Shown: in pieces, positions 28,274-38,013 of the stretch
How positions within the stretch are numbered: the first letter of the stretch is position 1
Layout of the letters: each line of letters opens with the position of its first letter
From: Treponemataceae bacterium
GTDB taxonomy: Bacteria > Spirochaetota > Spirochaetia > Treponematales > Rectinemataceae
Assembly (NCBI GenBank): GCA_963678065.2
Contig: CAXXVZ010000005.1
Coordinates: forward strand, 224,001-288,000
Direction of reading: 5' to 3'
Length of the DNA: 64,000 bases
Notes under the pieces: model-generated
The model's database searches: none
Told to the model about the DNA's origin: nothing
Seen by the model: the letters and a program-made list of their open reading frames with translations, nothing else
Made by a program: the position numbers and the translations under genes

Positions 28274-29239
28274 TCAGACGAAGTGGCAGGCCACATCGTG
28301 GCCGGGCGCGATCTCGCGGAGTTCGGGGGCCCGTTCCCGGCAAGGCTTGGCCGCCATGGGGCAACGGAGAGCGAAGCGGCAGCCCGGCGGCGGGTCGATC
28401 GGACTGGGCACATCCCCTGAAAGGAGGGTCCGTTTTCTCGCCCTCTCCTTGTCGGGGTCCGCTATGGGGATGGCCGAGAGGAGGGCCTTCGTGTAAGGGT
28501 GGAGGGGATTCTCGTAGAGCTCTTCGCTCGTGGCGGTCTCCGCGAGGGCTCCCAGGTACATCACCGCGACGCGCTCGCTTATGTACTTGACCATGCTGAG
28601 GTCGTGGGAGATGAAAAGGTAGGTGAGGCCGAACTGATCCTGGAGCCTCTGGAGGAGGTTGACGATCTGGGATTGGATCGACACATCGAGGGCGCTGATC
28701 GGCTCGTCGCAGACGATGAAGGCGGGCTCCACGGCCAGGCTCCGGGCAATGCCTATCCTCTGGCGCTGTCCGCCCGAAAACTCGTGGGGGAAGCGGTTGG
28801 CGTGCTCTTTGGCGAGTCCGACGAGTTCCAGAAGCTCCCATATCCGCTCCATCCGCGCGCGGCCCGAGAAGAGTCCGTGGATGTCGATCCCCTCGCCCAC
28901 GATGTCGCCGACCGTCATGCGGGGATTGAGGGAAGAATAAGGGTCCTGGAAGATCATCTGCGCGTGACGGACGAACTCCCGCTTCTGCGCCTTGCCGAGG
29001 GTGGCGGTATCCTCGCCCTTGAAAAAAACCCTCCCGCCCGTCGGACGATAGAGGCCCACGAGGGCGCGTCCCGTCGTCGACTTTCCGCAGCCGGATTCGC
29101 CGACGAGTCCAAGGGTAGTGCCCTCCGGAATGGCGAGGGAAATCCCGTCCACGGCCTTCAGCGAGGAGCCTCCGGGGAGGTGAAAGTGGAGTTTGAGGTC
29201 GCGCGCCTCGACGAGAGGAGTGGCAGCCTTAGCGGTCAT
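28274..29239 (-). CDS. oppF: Oligopeptide ABC ATP-binding protein
   Basis: GESGCGKST, FSGGQRQR, HPYT, PPGCRF. Confidence 0.93.
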   Translation of the reverse strand: MTAKAATPLVEARDLKLHFHLPGGSSLKAVDGISLAIPEGTTLGLVGESGCGKSTTGRALVGLYRPTGGRVFFKGEDTATLGKAQKREFVRHAQMIFQDPYSSLNPRMTVGDIVGEGIDIHGLFSGRARMERIWELLELVGLAKEHANRFPHEFSGGQRQRIGIARSLAVEPAFIVCDEPISALDVSIQSQIVNLLQRLQDQFGLTYLFISHDLSMVKYISERVAVMYLGALAETATSEELYENPLHPYTKALLSAIPIADPDKERARKRTLLSGDVPSPIDPPPGCRFALRCPMAAKPCRERAPELREIAPGHDVACHFV

Positions 29240-30296
29240 CGCAGACCTCCATCTCGAGCTTTGATCTCGTCGGGGTACCGTGTCTGGCGCGGGCTTTCTC
29301 GTGGTAGAGCCAGCAGGCCGCGCTGTGGTTCCCGCCCATAGGAAGGGCGCAGGGTTGGGCCCGCCTGCATATCTCCATGGCGAGGCCGCAGCGCGCCGCG
29401 AAGGCGCAGCCCGAAGGAGGAGCGAAGAGGTCCGGCGGCGTGCCCCGGATCGAGATGAGGCACTGGCTTCGGTCCAGGTCGAGCCTCGGACGGGACCGAA
29501 GGAGGGCCGCCGTATAGGGGTGGGCGGGCGAGTAGAAGATGTCCGCCGCGTCGCCCTCCTCCACTACCTTGCCCGCGTAGAACACCGCTATCCTGTCGGC
29601 CATGTTGGAGACGACGCCCATGTCGTGGGTTATGAGGAGGACGGCCGTGCCCAGCTCATCCTTGAGATTGCGTATCAGGTCAAGGATCTGCGCCTGTGTG
29701 GTCACGTCGAGGGCGGTCGTGGGTTCGTCCGCGATGAGCAGCTTGGGCTTGCAGACGACGGCCATCGCGATGACGGCCCGCTGCCGCATGCCGCCCGAGA
29801 ACTCGTACGCATAGCGCTTGAGCTGCCGTTCGGGCTCGGGGATGCCCACCATGCCCAAAACCTTGACGACCCGCTCGCGCGCCTCGGATCTCCTCATGCG
29901 CCTGTTGTGCTCCCTGAGGCCCTCCATTATCTGCTTCCCTATCGGCATGGTCGGATCGAGGGAGGTCATGGGGTCCTGGAATATCATGCCGATCTGCGCA
30001 CCGCGGATCGATTTCATCTTTCGCTCCGGGAGGGAGAGAAGCTCCCTCCCCTCGAAGCGGACGCTCCCCCCGATCTCCGCGGTCTGCGAGGAAATGAGCC
30101 GCATGATCATCTGCGCGGTGACACTCTTCCCGCAGCCCGACTCGCCCACCACCGCGAGGCACTCGCCCTTCCGTATAGAGAGGGATATGCCTCTGACCGC
30201 CCGCACCGAGCCCCCATACGTCCGGAAAGAGACTCGCAGATCATCTATATCAAGGAGCTTCCCGTTTTCGGGGACGCCGGTTTCCCGATTCAGCAT
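29229..30296 (-). CDS. oppD: Oligopeptide ABC ATP-binding protein
   Basis: GESGCGKS, FSGGMRQR, DEPTTALDVT, HPYT. Confidence 0.93.
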   Translation of the reverse strand: MLNRETGVPENGKLLDIDDLRVSFRTYGGSVRAVRGISLSIRKGECLAVVGESGCGKSVTAQMIMRLISSQTAEIGGSVRFEGRELLSLPERKMKSIRGAQIGMIFQDPMTSLDPTMPIGKQIMEGLREHNRRMRRSEARERVVKVLGMVGIPEPERQLKRYAYEFSGGMRQRAVIAMAVVCKPKLLIADEPTTALDVTTQAQILDLIRNLKDELGTAVLLITHDMGVVSNMADRIAVFYAGKVVEEGDAADIFYSPAHPYTAALLRSRPRLDLDRSQCLISIRGTPPDLFAPPSGCAFAARCGLAMEICRRAQPCALPMGGNHSAACWLYHEKARARHGTPTRSKLEMEVCDDR

Positions 30297-30304
30297 GATT
30301 TCAC

Positions 30305-31306
30305 CTAGCTCCTGAGTTTGGGATCGAGCGCGTCCCGGAGGCCGTCGCCGAGAAGGTAGAGCGACAGCATCGTCGTACTGATGAAGAAGGAGGGGATGAA
30401 GAGCTGCCAGGGCGCAACCCTGAAGCTCTGCGCCCCGTAACGCGCGAGAAGTCCCCAGCTCGCGTTGGGCGGCTGCACGCCGAGCCCGATAAAACTCAGG
30501 AAGGCCTCGTTGAATATGGCGGAGGGGACAGCCATCGTGACGTTCGTGAGGATGAGGCCGATGGTGTTCGGAATGAGGTGCCTGAAAATGATGCGCGTGT
30601 CGCTCGCCCCGAGTTTCCGCGCGGCGAGCACGTACTCCTGGTTCTTGAGCTGGAGCATCTGCCCGCGCACGAGCCTCGCCGAGCTCACCCAGCCGACGAT
30701 GATCATCGCGACGACAAGGGGCGCTATCCCCGCGCCGAGGACGACCATCACGAGGATGGCGATGATGAGGTTGGGTATCCCGGAGAGGACGTCGATCACC
30801 CTCATGATGACCATATCGAGGCGTCCGCCGAAGTAGCCGGATATGCCGCCGATGCAGACGCCGATGAGGGCGTTGAGCGAGGCCGCGAGGAAGCCTATCG
30901 ACAAAGAAACCCGCGCGCCGACCCACACGCGCGCCCACATGTCGCGGCCCAGCGTATCGGTCCCGAACCAGTGCAGGGCGCTGGGCCCCTTGTCCATCTG
31001 CGCCTCGTCGATGGACCTGAAGTCGAAGCTGACGAGGGCGGGGCCTACTACGGAGCCGACGATGTAGAGCGCGATGATGCAGAGGCCGAGCATCGCCACC
31101 CTGTTGTGCCGGAGGCGGAGCCACGCGTCCTGCCAATACGTGAGACAGGGCCTGACGATGCGGTCCGCCTCGTCTCTGTCCCTCCCTGCGACGCTTTCGA
31201 AAAGCGCATCGTCCAGGTTTCCGGGATCGAGGGCCGTGTTTCCGTCCGCCGCGGCCCGCGTCGACGCAAATCCGGCGGAAGTCCGTTCTTCTGTGTTCCG
31301 TTTCAT
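30305..31306 (-). CDS. oppC: Oligopeptide ABC permease
   Basis: HWFGTDTLGRD, EYVLAARKLGA, GDGLRDALDPK. Confidence 0.93.
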   Translation of the reverse strand: MKRNTEERTSAGFASTRAAADGNTALDPGNLDDALFESVAGRDRDEADRIVRPCLTYWQDAWLRLRHNRVAMLGLCIIALYIVGSVVGPALVSFDFRSIDEAQMDKGPSALHWFGTDTLGRDMWARVWVGARVSLSIGFLAASLNALIGVCIGGISGYFGGRLDMVIMRVIDVLSGIPNLIIAILVMVVLGAGIAPLVVAMIIVGWVSSARLVRGQMLQLKNQEYVLAARKLGASDTRIIFRHLIPNTIGLILTNVTMAVPSAIFNEAFLSFIGLGVQPPNASWGLLARYGAQSFRVAPWQLFIPSFFISTTMLSLYLLGDGLRDALDPKLRS

Positions 31307-32241
31307 GCTTGTTTCACATCCCTTCTATCCAGCCTTATCCGGGGATCGATGAAGCCGTAGAGGATGTCGACGAGGAAATTGGCTCCGATGAGGAAGGCGC
31401 CGTAGAAGACAGTGAGGCCGAGGATCTGCGAGTAGTCCAGGTTCTGTATGCCGAGGACGTAGTATTTGCCCATGCCGGGAATCGCGTAGATGGTCTCGAT
31501 CACGAAGGTGCCCGTCAGGATGGCCGCGGCGATCGGCCCGAGGATGGTCACCACGGGGAGGATGGCGTTCCTGATCTGATGCCGCGCGACGATTTTGGCC
31601 GTGGAGAGGCCCTTCGCCCTGGCTACCTTGATGTAGTCCTGGCTCACGACTTCGAGCATGCTGGCCCGCATGATGCGGGTGAGGAGGGCGGTCGTATAAA
31701 AGGAGAGCGCGAGTGTGGGCAGAACCGTGTACTTGAAGCCGCGCCAGAGGGCGATGGGCAGGAGCTTCAGTTTGAGCCCGAAGACGAATTGGAGCAGATA
31801 GCCGCTGACGAAATCGGGCAGCGATACGCCGAGCATCGCGACCACGATGCAGAGGTAGTCGAGCCACTTCCCTCTGTTGAGGGCGGAGACGATCCCGAGG
31901 CCGGTTCCTGCGATGAAGGCGAGAATGAGGGCGCGGATTCCCAGATCCGCGGAATAGGGGAAGGAATCGGCGATGAGCCGCGTGACGGGCACATTGTTGT
32001 AGTGCATCGAAGTCCCCAGATCCCCCCGGAGGAGATTCCCGACATAGCGGATGTACTGCTCGTGCAGCGGACGATCGAATCCGTAGTAGCGAAGCATGTT
32101 CTCCCGAATTTCGGGAGTAAGCTTGTCGCTCAGGAATGGATCGCCCGGCATCGCGCGGACGAGGAAGAATACGGCTGTCACCAGGATCAGCAGCGTGAAC
32201 AAAGAGATCACGAAGCGTTTCAGGATGTATCTCAGCAACAA
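31303..32241 (-). CDS. oppB: Oligopeptide ABC permease
   Basis: MPGDPF, GDLGTS, DYIKVARAKGL, DILYGFIDPRIR; TTG start. Confidence 0.93.
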   Translation of the reverse strand: MLLRYILKRFVISLFTLLILVTAVFFLVRAMPGDPFLSDKLTPEIRENMLRYYGFDRPLHEQYIRYVGNLLRGDLGTSMHYNNVPVTRLIADSFPYSADLGIRALILAFIAGTGLGIVSALNRGKWLDYLCIVVAMLGVSLPDFVSGYLLQFVFGLKLKLLPIALWRGFKYTVLPTLALSFYTTALLTRIMRASMLEVVSQDYIKVARAKGLSTAKIVARHQIRNAILPVVTILGPIAAAILTGTFVIETIYAIPGMGKYYVLGIQNLDYSQILGLTVFYGAFLIGANFLVDILYGFIDPRIRLDRRDVKQA

Positions 32242-32278
32242 AGCTCCCCTTTCCGCAGGATTGTGCCTGATAATACAA

Positions 32279-32333
32279 TGATATATCAGTTATATATCAC
32301 ATCGGATGATAGCATACCATCGGAATAAGTCAA
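32279..32333 (-). promoter_or_regulatory. opp promoter and downstream palindromic operator
   Basis: Minus-strand TTGACT-16-TATCAT with TG extension; TGATATAT-5-ATATATCA at 32279-32299. Confidence 0.6.
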
Positions 32334-32582
32334 CCACTTTTTCTCGAATCCGGAACGGAATACATAAAAACAAAATATGAGGCCCATTTTATAGACAATT
32401 TTGTATATACATACAACTTTATAAATTCGGACTGCGCACCCGTTTCTGTTGAGTGCGGTGCATTATGGTGAGTATCCAGCCAGTCGGTTGGCCTGGAAAA
32501 ACAATAGAGGGTATGTCGCCTTTCGTGAGGCCGAAGCCGCGCCTGTCCCGCCTCCGGGGGCGGGACAGATCATGCGTCGCTT

Positions 32583-33917
32583 CTATTTCGCCGCGTTCCC
32601 TGCCACGTTGAGCGCGTCCCAGGTGCGCGCAAAAGGCGGAGCGTAACAGAGGTCCAGAAAACCGAGCTGATCCACGGTGAGCCCTCCCGCGATGGCCGCG
32701 GCGAGAACATCGGTCCTGAGCACCGCACCCTGGCCGCCGAAGACCTGGCCACCCAGAAGCTTCCGCGTCGCAGGATCCCAGACAAGCTTCACGCCGATGT
32801 CGTGCTGAGGCGGAAAATAATCCGCGTGGTCCTTGTCCACGATGAGGGTCGTCGCGCAGGAGATTCCGGCCTTCGCCGCATCCTGCTCCGAAGCGCCCGT
32901 CCGGCCTGCCTCGATGCCGAGAACCTTGATGCAGGCTGAAGCGAGGGTGCCCGGGTATTCGCTCGCCTTGCCGGCAAGATTGTCCCCGACGATGCGGCCG
33001 AGCTTGTTGGCGCCGGTCGCGAGGGGCGTGTAGACGGGGAGCCTCTGCACGATGTGCGGCACCGCGGCGCAGTCTCCCGCGGCAAAGATATCGGGGAGGC
33101 TGGTGCGCCCCCGCCGGTCGACAACGATCGCCCCGTTCGGAAGCATCTCGAGTCCGATATCCTTCACGAAGGCCGTGGCGGGACGGACGCCCACGGCGAC
33201 GACGACGGCATCCGCGGGATACTCACCTTTCGCCGTCACGACTGAGGCGACGCGGCCTTTGCGGCCGCGAAGCTCGGTGACTGTCTCGGAGACATGGAGG
33301 TCGATGCCGGAGGCGCGCAGCTCAGCCTCGATCGCGTCGGTAGCCTCGCGGTCGAAGACATCGGGCAGGACGCGGTCGTCGAGCTGGATGATCCGCACCG
33401 ACTTTCCGCGGCGATGGAGGGCTTCGGCCGTCTCGAGCCCGATGAATCCGGCGCCGATGACGGTGACCTCGCGGCATGCAGGATCTTCGAGAGCGGAACG
33501 CAGCTTCCTCCCATCGGCGAGCGTGGTCAGGGTGAATACCTTGTCGAGCTCCAGATTCTTCACCGGCGGCATCACGGGGTTGGCGCCGGTCGCTATCATG
33601 AGCCTGTCCCAGCGGTCCTCGAAGATCCTGCCGTCCGCGTCCCTCACGCGAATCGTTTTATCCGCGGGACGCAGCTCGAGTACCTCGTGGTTGATGCGCA
33701 CGTCGATCCCCGATCCGGCGAGCTGGGCCGGCGTCCGGGCGATCATCCTCGATTCTTCCTCAAAGTTTCCGCCGACGAAATAGGGAAGACCGCAGGCCCC
33801 GAAGGATACAAGGTCGCGCTTTTCGTAGACCACAACTTCCGCATCCTTGGCCGTACGCTTCGCGCGCGCAGCGGCACTCATGCCCGCGGCGACTCCACCG
33901 ATGATCAGTATACGCAT
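32583..33917 (-). CDS. cdr: CoA-disulfide reductase / NADH oxidase-family flavoprotein
   Basis: IIGGVAAGMSAA, SFGACGLPY redox Cys, GAGFIGLE, AAGDC, YAPPF. Confidence 0.88.
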   Translation of the reverse strand: MRILIIGGVAAGMSAAARAKRTAKDAEVVVYEKRDLVSFGACGLPYFVGGNFEEESRMIARTPAQLAGSGIDVRINHEVLELRPADKTIRVRDADGRIFEDRWDRLMIATGANPVMPPVKNLELDKVFTLTTLADGRKLRSALEDPACREVTVIGAGFIGLETAEALHRRGKSVRIIQLDDRVLPDVFDREATDAIEAELRASGIDLHVSETVTELRGRKGRVASVVTAKGEYPADAVVVAVGVRPATAFVKDIGLEMLPNGAIVVDRRGRTSLPDIFAAGDCAAVPHIVQRLPVYTPLATGANKLGRIVGDNLAGKASEYPGTLASACIKVLGIEAGRTGASEQDAAKAGISCATTLIVDKDHADYFPPQHDIGVKLVWDPATRKLLGGQVFGGQGAVLRTDVLAAAIAGGLTVDQLGFLDLCYAPPFARTWDALNVAGNAAK

Positions 33918-33931
33918 AGTGTCCTGGGCCC

Positions 33932-35326
33932 TCACCCGGCCTGGACCTGGTCGAGCTCGACATCTTTCGCGTTGTAAACCTTCATGTCGATCTCTTTCAT
34001 GATGCGGCCGGTGACCGCTCCCGCCACGAAGGCGTCGGAGACGTTGAGCGCGGTCCGGCCCATGTCGATGAGGGGCTCGATGGAGATGAGGAGGCCGGCG
34101 AGGGCTATGGGCAGATTCATCGTCGACAGGACGATGATCGCCGCGAAGGTCGCGCCGCCGCCCACGCCCGCCACGCCGAAGGAGGAGAGGGCCGTGGTCG
34201 CGATGAGACTGGCGAGCCAGAGGGGATTCATGGGATCGATGCCCACCGTCGGGGCTATCATGACAGCGACCATGGCGGGATAGATTCCAGCGCAGCCGTT
34301 CTGCCCGATGGTCGTTCCGAAGGTGGCAGCAAAATTGGCGATGGCCTCGGATATGCCGAGCTTCTTGTTCTGGCACTCGACGGTCAGGGGAAGCGTGCCC
34401 ATGCTCGTGCGCGAGGTGAAGGCGAAGGTGAGGACGGGCCAGGCCTTCTTCACGTAGGTGAATGGATTCATCCTGAACAGGGTGAAGATGATGAGGTGGA
34501 TGATGAACATCGCGATGAGGGCGGTGTAGGAGGCGATGACGAACTTGCCGAGGTTGAGGATGGCGAGGTAGTCGGTCTCCGCCACCGTCGCCGCCATGAT
34601 GGCGAGGATGCCGTAGGGCGTCATCTTGAGGATCATGCCGACGAGGCGCATGGTGATCGCGTAGGCCGCGTCGACTATCTTCTGGAAGGTTTCCGCCTCC
34701 TTAGGGTACTTCTTCCTGATGCCCATCGCGGCGACACCCACGAATGCCGAGAAGATGACGACTGCGAGGGTGGAGGTAGTGCGCGCGCCCGTCATGTCGC
34801 GGAAGGGATTGGTGGGGACGAACTCGAGGAGCTTGGATGCGAAAGGCGTGTTCGCCGTGTCGGCCTTGGTCTCGAGCGAGGCTCCGCGGACAACCTCGGC
34901 ATTGCCTTTCTGTATCTGGTTCGCATTGAGTCCGTAGACAAGCGCAGAGCCCGCACCGACCGTGGCGGCTATGCCCGCGGTGAGCACGAGGACGAAAAGG
35001 ACGCTCGTGCTCATCCGGCCGAGGTTCTTGGTGTCCTTCAATTTCAGGATGGCCGAGATGATCGATACCATGATGAGGGGTATGGTGATCATCTTGAGGA
35101 ATCCGACGTAGCCGTTGCCGACGAGCCAGTACCAGCTCATGGTATCGCCCAGGGACTTTCCGTTCCCGGCAAAGGCGAATTTCAGGATTGTGCCGAGCGC
35201 GACACCCATCCCGAGGCCTGCCACAGTGCGGAGCGGGAAGGAGACCTTGCGCTGCTGGAGCATGACGATCAGCACGGCGCAGAACAACAGGGCCAGGATA
35301 CCTACCACGGTCAGGTACGGATTCAT
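33932..35326 (-). CDS. tcyP: L-cystine:cation symporter (DAACS family)
   Basis: VGNGYV.FL.MI..PL, FTSRTS, IGQNGCAGIYPAM, SSFGVAGVGGGATFA, EPLIDMGRTALNV. Confidence 0.9.
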   Translation of the reverse strand: MNPYLTVVGILALLFCAVLIVMLQQRKVSFPLRTVAGLGMGVALGTILKFAFAGNGKSLGDTMSWYWLVGNGYVGFLKMITIPLIMVSIISAILKLKDTKNLGRMSTSVLFVLVLTAGIAATVGAGSALVYGLNANQIQKGNAEVVRGASLETKADTANTPFASKLLEFVPTNPFRDMTGARTTSTLAVVIFSAFVGVAAMGIRKKYPKEAETFQKIVDAAYAITMRLVGMILKMTPYGILAIMAATVAETDYLAILNLGKFVIASYTALIAMFIIHLIIFTLFRMNPFTYVKKAWPVLTFAFTSRTSMGTLPLTVECQNKKLGISEAIANFAATFGTTIGQNGCAGIYPAMVAVMIAPTVGIDPMNPLWLASLIATTALSSFGVAGVGGGATFAAIIVLSTMNLPIALAGLLISIEPLIDMGRTALNVSDAFVAGAVTGRIMKEIDMKVYNAKDVELDQVQAG

Positions 35327-35434
35327 GGGATGCCTCCTCGATCTCGATGATGGTATCCGCGCGTCCGGCCGGGCGTGGCCGGAGCTGCACGGCAACCAGC
35401 GATGCGGACTGCCACGGCGCGGTTCACCGGGGGA

Positions 35435-36787
35435 TTACTTCCTGACGGAGGCCTTGAAGGCCCCGAAAAGCTGGTCGAGAGCGGCGGTGTATGTCTTGTA
35501 GTTCTTGCCGACCTCTCCTTTTTCATCCTTGTAGGCGGGCTGCATGTCTGCCCAGGTGTACATGAGCTCGATCTGGCCCATGATGGGATCCGGGTTGCCC
35601 TGGGCGTCCTTGCGGTCCTTGTTGTAGACGAAGACGTAGGGAACCTGGAGCTTGTTGGCGAGGACGACCTTGCCATTCTTGTCCGTGTAGGAGACGCCAT
35701 TCTTTTCCGGGGCGTATTCGGTGACGATTCCCGGGAAGTACTTCCTCACGAGGTCGACGTAGAGGTTGGCGTAGGGATTCTTCGTGTCCCGTATGTGAAG
35801 GGCTTTGCCGTCCAGCTTGAAGTCGAAGTTGTAGATCGTGTCGATGTCGTACTTGGCCGCCCACGCGTTCACATACTTGATGACGGCGCGGGTATTCGGG
35901 CACCAGGAGCCGCCGAACATGAATACGTAATTGCCGGAGCTGTCCAGGATCTTCACGAGCTCGGGGTAGGAGACGCTGCGGATGACCCAGTTCTTGTTGT
36001 CTTCAGCGCCCAGGATGGTCGCACCTGCGTTCTTGTTGAACACCGCCGAGTAATAGTCGAAATCGTCGAGGTAGTCGAGCCTGGCGACCTTCCTGCCGCC
36101 CTGAACGACCGAGACGGCGTCGAAAAGCGGCCTGATCTCTTTCTTGTATGCCTCGATCTTGACGGGGTCCGCGGCGCCATTCGTGACGAAGTCCTCCCAG
36201 ACGAACATCTTCTCGTAGGAGGCGATGATGGGCGCGGGATTGCCTTTCGCGTCCTTGTTGTTGCGGTTGTAAAGGAAGAGGAAGGGTACCTGGAGTTTGT
36301 TCGCGACGAGGTCGGCGCCGTTCGCGTCCTTGTAGCTGACGTTATTTTTGGCCTTGTCGTAGATGGTGACGATGTTGGGCAGGTACTTGTTCACCATGTC
36401 GACGTAGAGGTTCGCGTAGGGACTCTTCGTGTCGCGGATCTGGAGGACGCCTGAGTCGAGCTTGGTGTCGAAGTTGTAGATAGTCTTGACCCCGTACTCC
36501 TTCGCGACGTCGTTGATCTGGCCGATGACGGCCTGAGTGTTCGGGCACCATGCGCCGCCGAGGAGGATCATGTAGGTCCCGTCGGTCTCGAAGAGGTTCA
36601 GGAGCTGGTGGTAGGTCGTGGTCCTGAATACCGGCGCCGGGTCCGTGAGATGGGCGAAGGCGCCGCTGGAGTAGTAGCTGAATGTCGAATTGATGCCCTT
36701 CCCCTGCTGGGCGAAAGCGCCTGCGACGGTGAACGCCATCAGGGCGACGAGCAGACAAGCCTTAAAGGCAGACTTCATTGTCCTCAT
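35435..36787 (-). CDS. Exported protein with two tandem thioredoxin-like domains (WCPNT)
   Basis: AAGGAGG RBS; signal peptide ending AFA; internal duplication about 215 aa apart, each copy with GGxWCPNT and LQVP. Confidence 0.8.
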   Translation of the reverse strand: MRTMKSAFKACLLVALMAFTVAGAFAQQGKGINSTFSYYSSGAFAHLTDPAPVFRTTTYHQLLNLFETDGTYMILLGGAWCPNTQAVIGQINDVAKEYGVKTIYNFDTKLDSGVLQIRDTKSPYANLYVDMVNKYLPNIVTIYDKAKNNVSYKDANGADLVANKLQVPFLFLYNRNNKDAKGNPAPIIASYEKMFVWEDFVTNGAADPVKIEAYKKEIRPLFDAVSVVQGGRKVARLDYLDDFDYYSAVFNKNAGATILGAEDNKNWVIRSVSYPELVKILDSSGNYVFMFGGSWCPNTRAVIKYVNAWAAKYDIDTIYNFDFKLDGKALHIRDTKNPYANLYVDLVRKYFPGIVTEYAPEKNGVSYTDKNGKVVLANKLQVPYVFVYNKDRKDAQGNPDPIMGQIELMYTWADMQPAYKDEKGEVGKNYKTYTAALDQLFGAFKASVRK

Positions 36788-36860
36788 CACATTCCTCCTT
36801 GTGATACGTATGTATGTCCTGTCGGCGGACCGGCGTGGACTCCATGGTTGAAAACCGGCG

Positions 36861-37106
36861 TCAGGGGCAGGTCTCTCCCGAGCTCGGGGGTTCCGCGCTC
36901 TGGGAATTCTGTGCCGGAGCAGGTGCCGCGGCTTGGGCCGGTGCGGCTGCGGACTGCGGAGCGGGAGCGTTGATGATAATGCCTCCCGGGCGCTGCCCGA
37001 GGATCGATTCCGCGGCGACGGCGGCGCGGTTCTTGGTCTCCTGCCAGTACGCCAAGGCGGAGAACACGACGATGGCAAGCGCCAGGAAGGCTGCGAGTTT
37101 CTTCAT
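36861..37106 (-). CDS. 81-aa membrane-anchored or exported protein with Ala/Pro linker and C-terminal Cys-Pro
   Basis: AAGGAGGA RBS; MKKLAAFLALAIVVFSALAYW...APAPQSAAAPAQAAAPAPAQ...GETCP. Confidence 0.7.
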   Translation of the reverse strand: MKKLAAFLALAIVVFSALAYWQETKNRAAVAAESILGQRPGGIIINAPAPQSAAAPAQAAAPAPAQNSQSAEPPSSGETCP

Positions 37107-37447
37107 GGCTGGTTCCTCCTTCATCGACGGATGCGGATCGCGCAGGAAATCCGACGATTCCACGAAACACCAACGATAGAGGTAGCATGGTGTTTCGGGC
37201 AGGTCAAGCAAATATTTACGGCACCAATGAAATCGATGCCGGATCGATCGGCGCAGGGTGAGGCCTGTTTGGGCCGGGCTGGCCGAAGGTGGCGGAGCGC
37301 CGGTCAGCTTCGCCTTGCCAGGAATCTTCTCATCGATACCGCGAGGAAAAGATGATAGTATGGGCACCGTGATAGCGGATTGAATACATGGACGGCGGAC
37401 ACGGCCCGGTTGAGAATAGCGTTCAAAGCTCAGGTCGGAGGTTAAAT

Positions 37448-37834
37448 ATGGAAAACGGACAAAGGAAATTCGATTCCATCGACGACTACATCGGAGGGTT
37501 TCCGCCTGAAACCCAGGCAATCCTGAAAGAATTGCGGGAAGCGATACGTGAGGCGGCCCCGGAGGCGGAGGAAAAAATCAGCTATCAGATGCCGACATTC
37601 TTTTTGAAAGGCAATCTGGTCTATTTCGCGGCCTATGAAAACCATATCGGGTTATATCCCGCGCCAAGCGGAATTGAAGCCTTCGGGAATGAACTGAATG
37701 CGTATAAAAGCGGAAAAGGCTCGATCCGGTTTCCGATAGATGAACCATTGCCTTTGGAATTGATAAAGAGGATCGTGCGCTTCCGGGTCGAGGAAAACAT
37801 AAACAAATTCATGAAAAAGAAGAACAGGAAATAA
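37448..37834 (+). CDS. YdhG/DUF1801-family protein
   Basis: IDDYI, EEKISYQMPTF, HIGLYP, KGSIRFP.DEPLP; GGAGG RBS. Confidence 0.9.
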   Translation: MENGQRKFDSIDDYIGGFPPETQAILKELREAIREAAPEAEEKISYQMPTFFLKGNLVYFAAYENHIGLYPAPSGIEAFGNELNAYKSGKGSIRFPIDEPLPLELIKRIVRFRVEENINKFMKKKNRK

Positions 37835-37878
37835 AGAACGACAGGGCTCGATGTGCGGGGCGGGCCTGGGAAAACGCA

Positions 37879-37955
37879 GCAAAAGCCGCCGGCCGAGCCA
37901 GTCGGCTTTTGCATATCAGAGAGGCCCTGTCGGCGATGACAGGGCCTCTCGTTTT
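37879..37955. terminator. Two hairpins between convergent genes
   Basis: GCAAAAGCCG...CGGCTTTTGC and GAGAGGCCCTGTC-6-GACAGGGCCTCTC-gTTTT. Confidence 0.7.
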
Positions 37956-38013
37956 ACATGGGCGTTTCCCCCAGGGAGAGTTTCCTTTCGGGGGTTCCCC
38001 CTGAATGAGAGCC

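Noticed and set aside
36858..36869. Selenocysteine read-through at the Cys-Pro-TGA end of the small protein
   Set aside because: No evident SECIS-like hairpin, and read-through is out of frame with the next gene.
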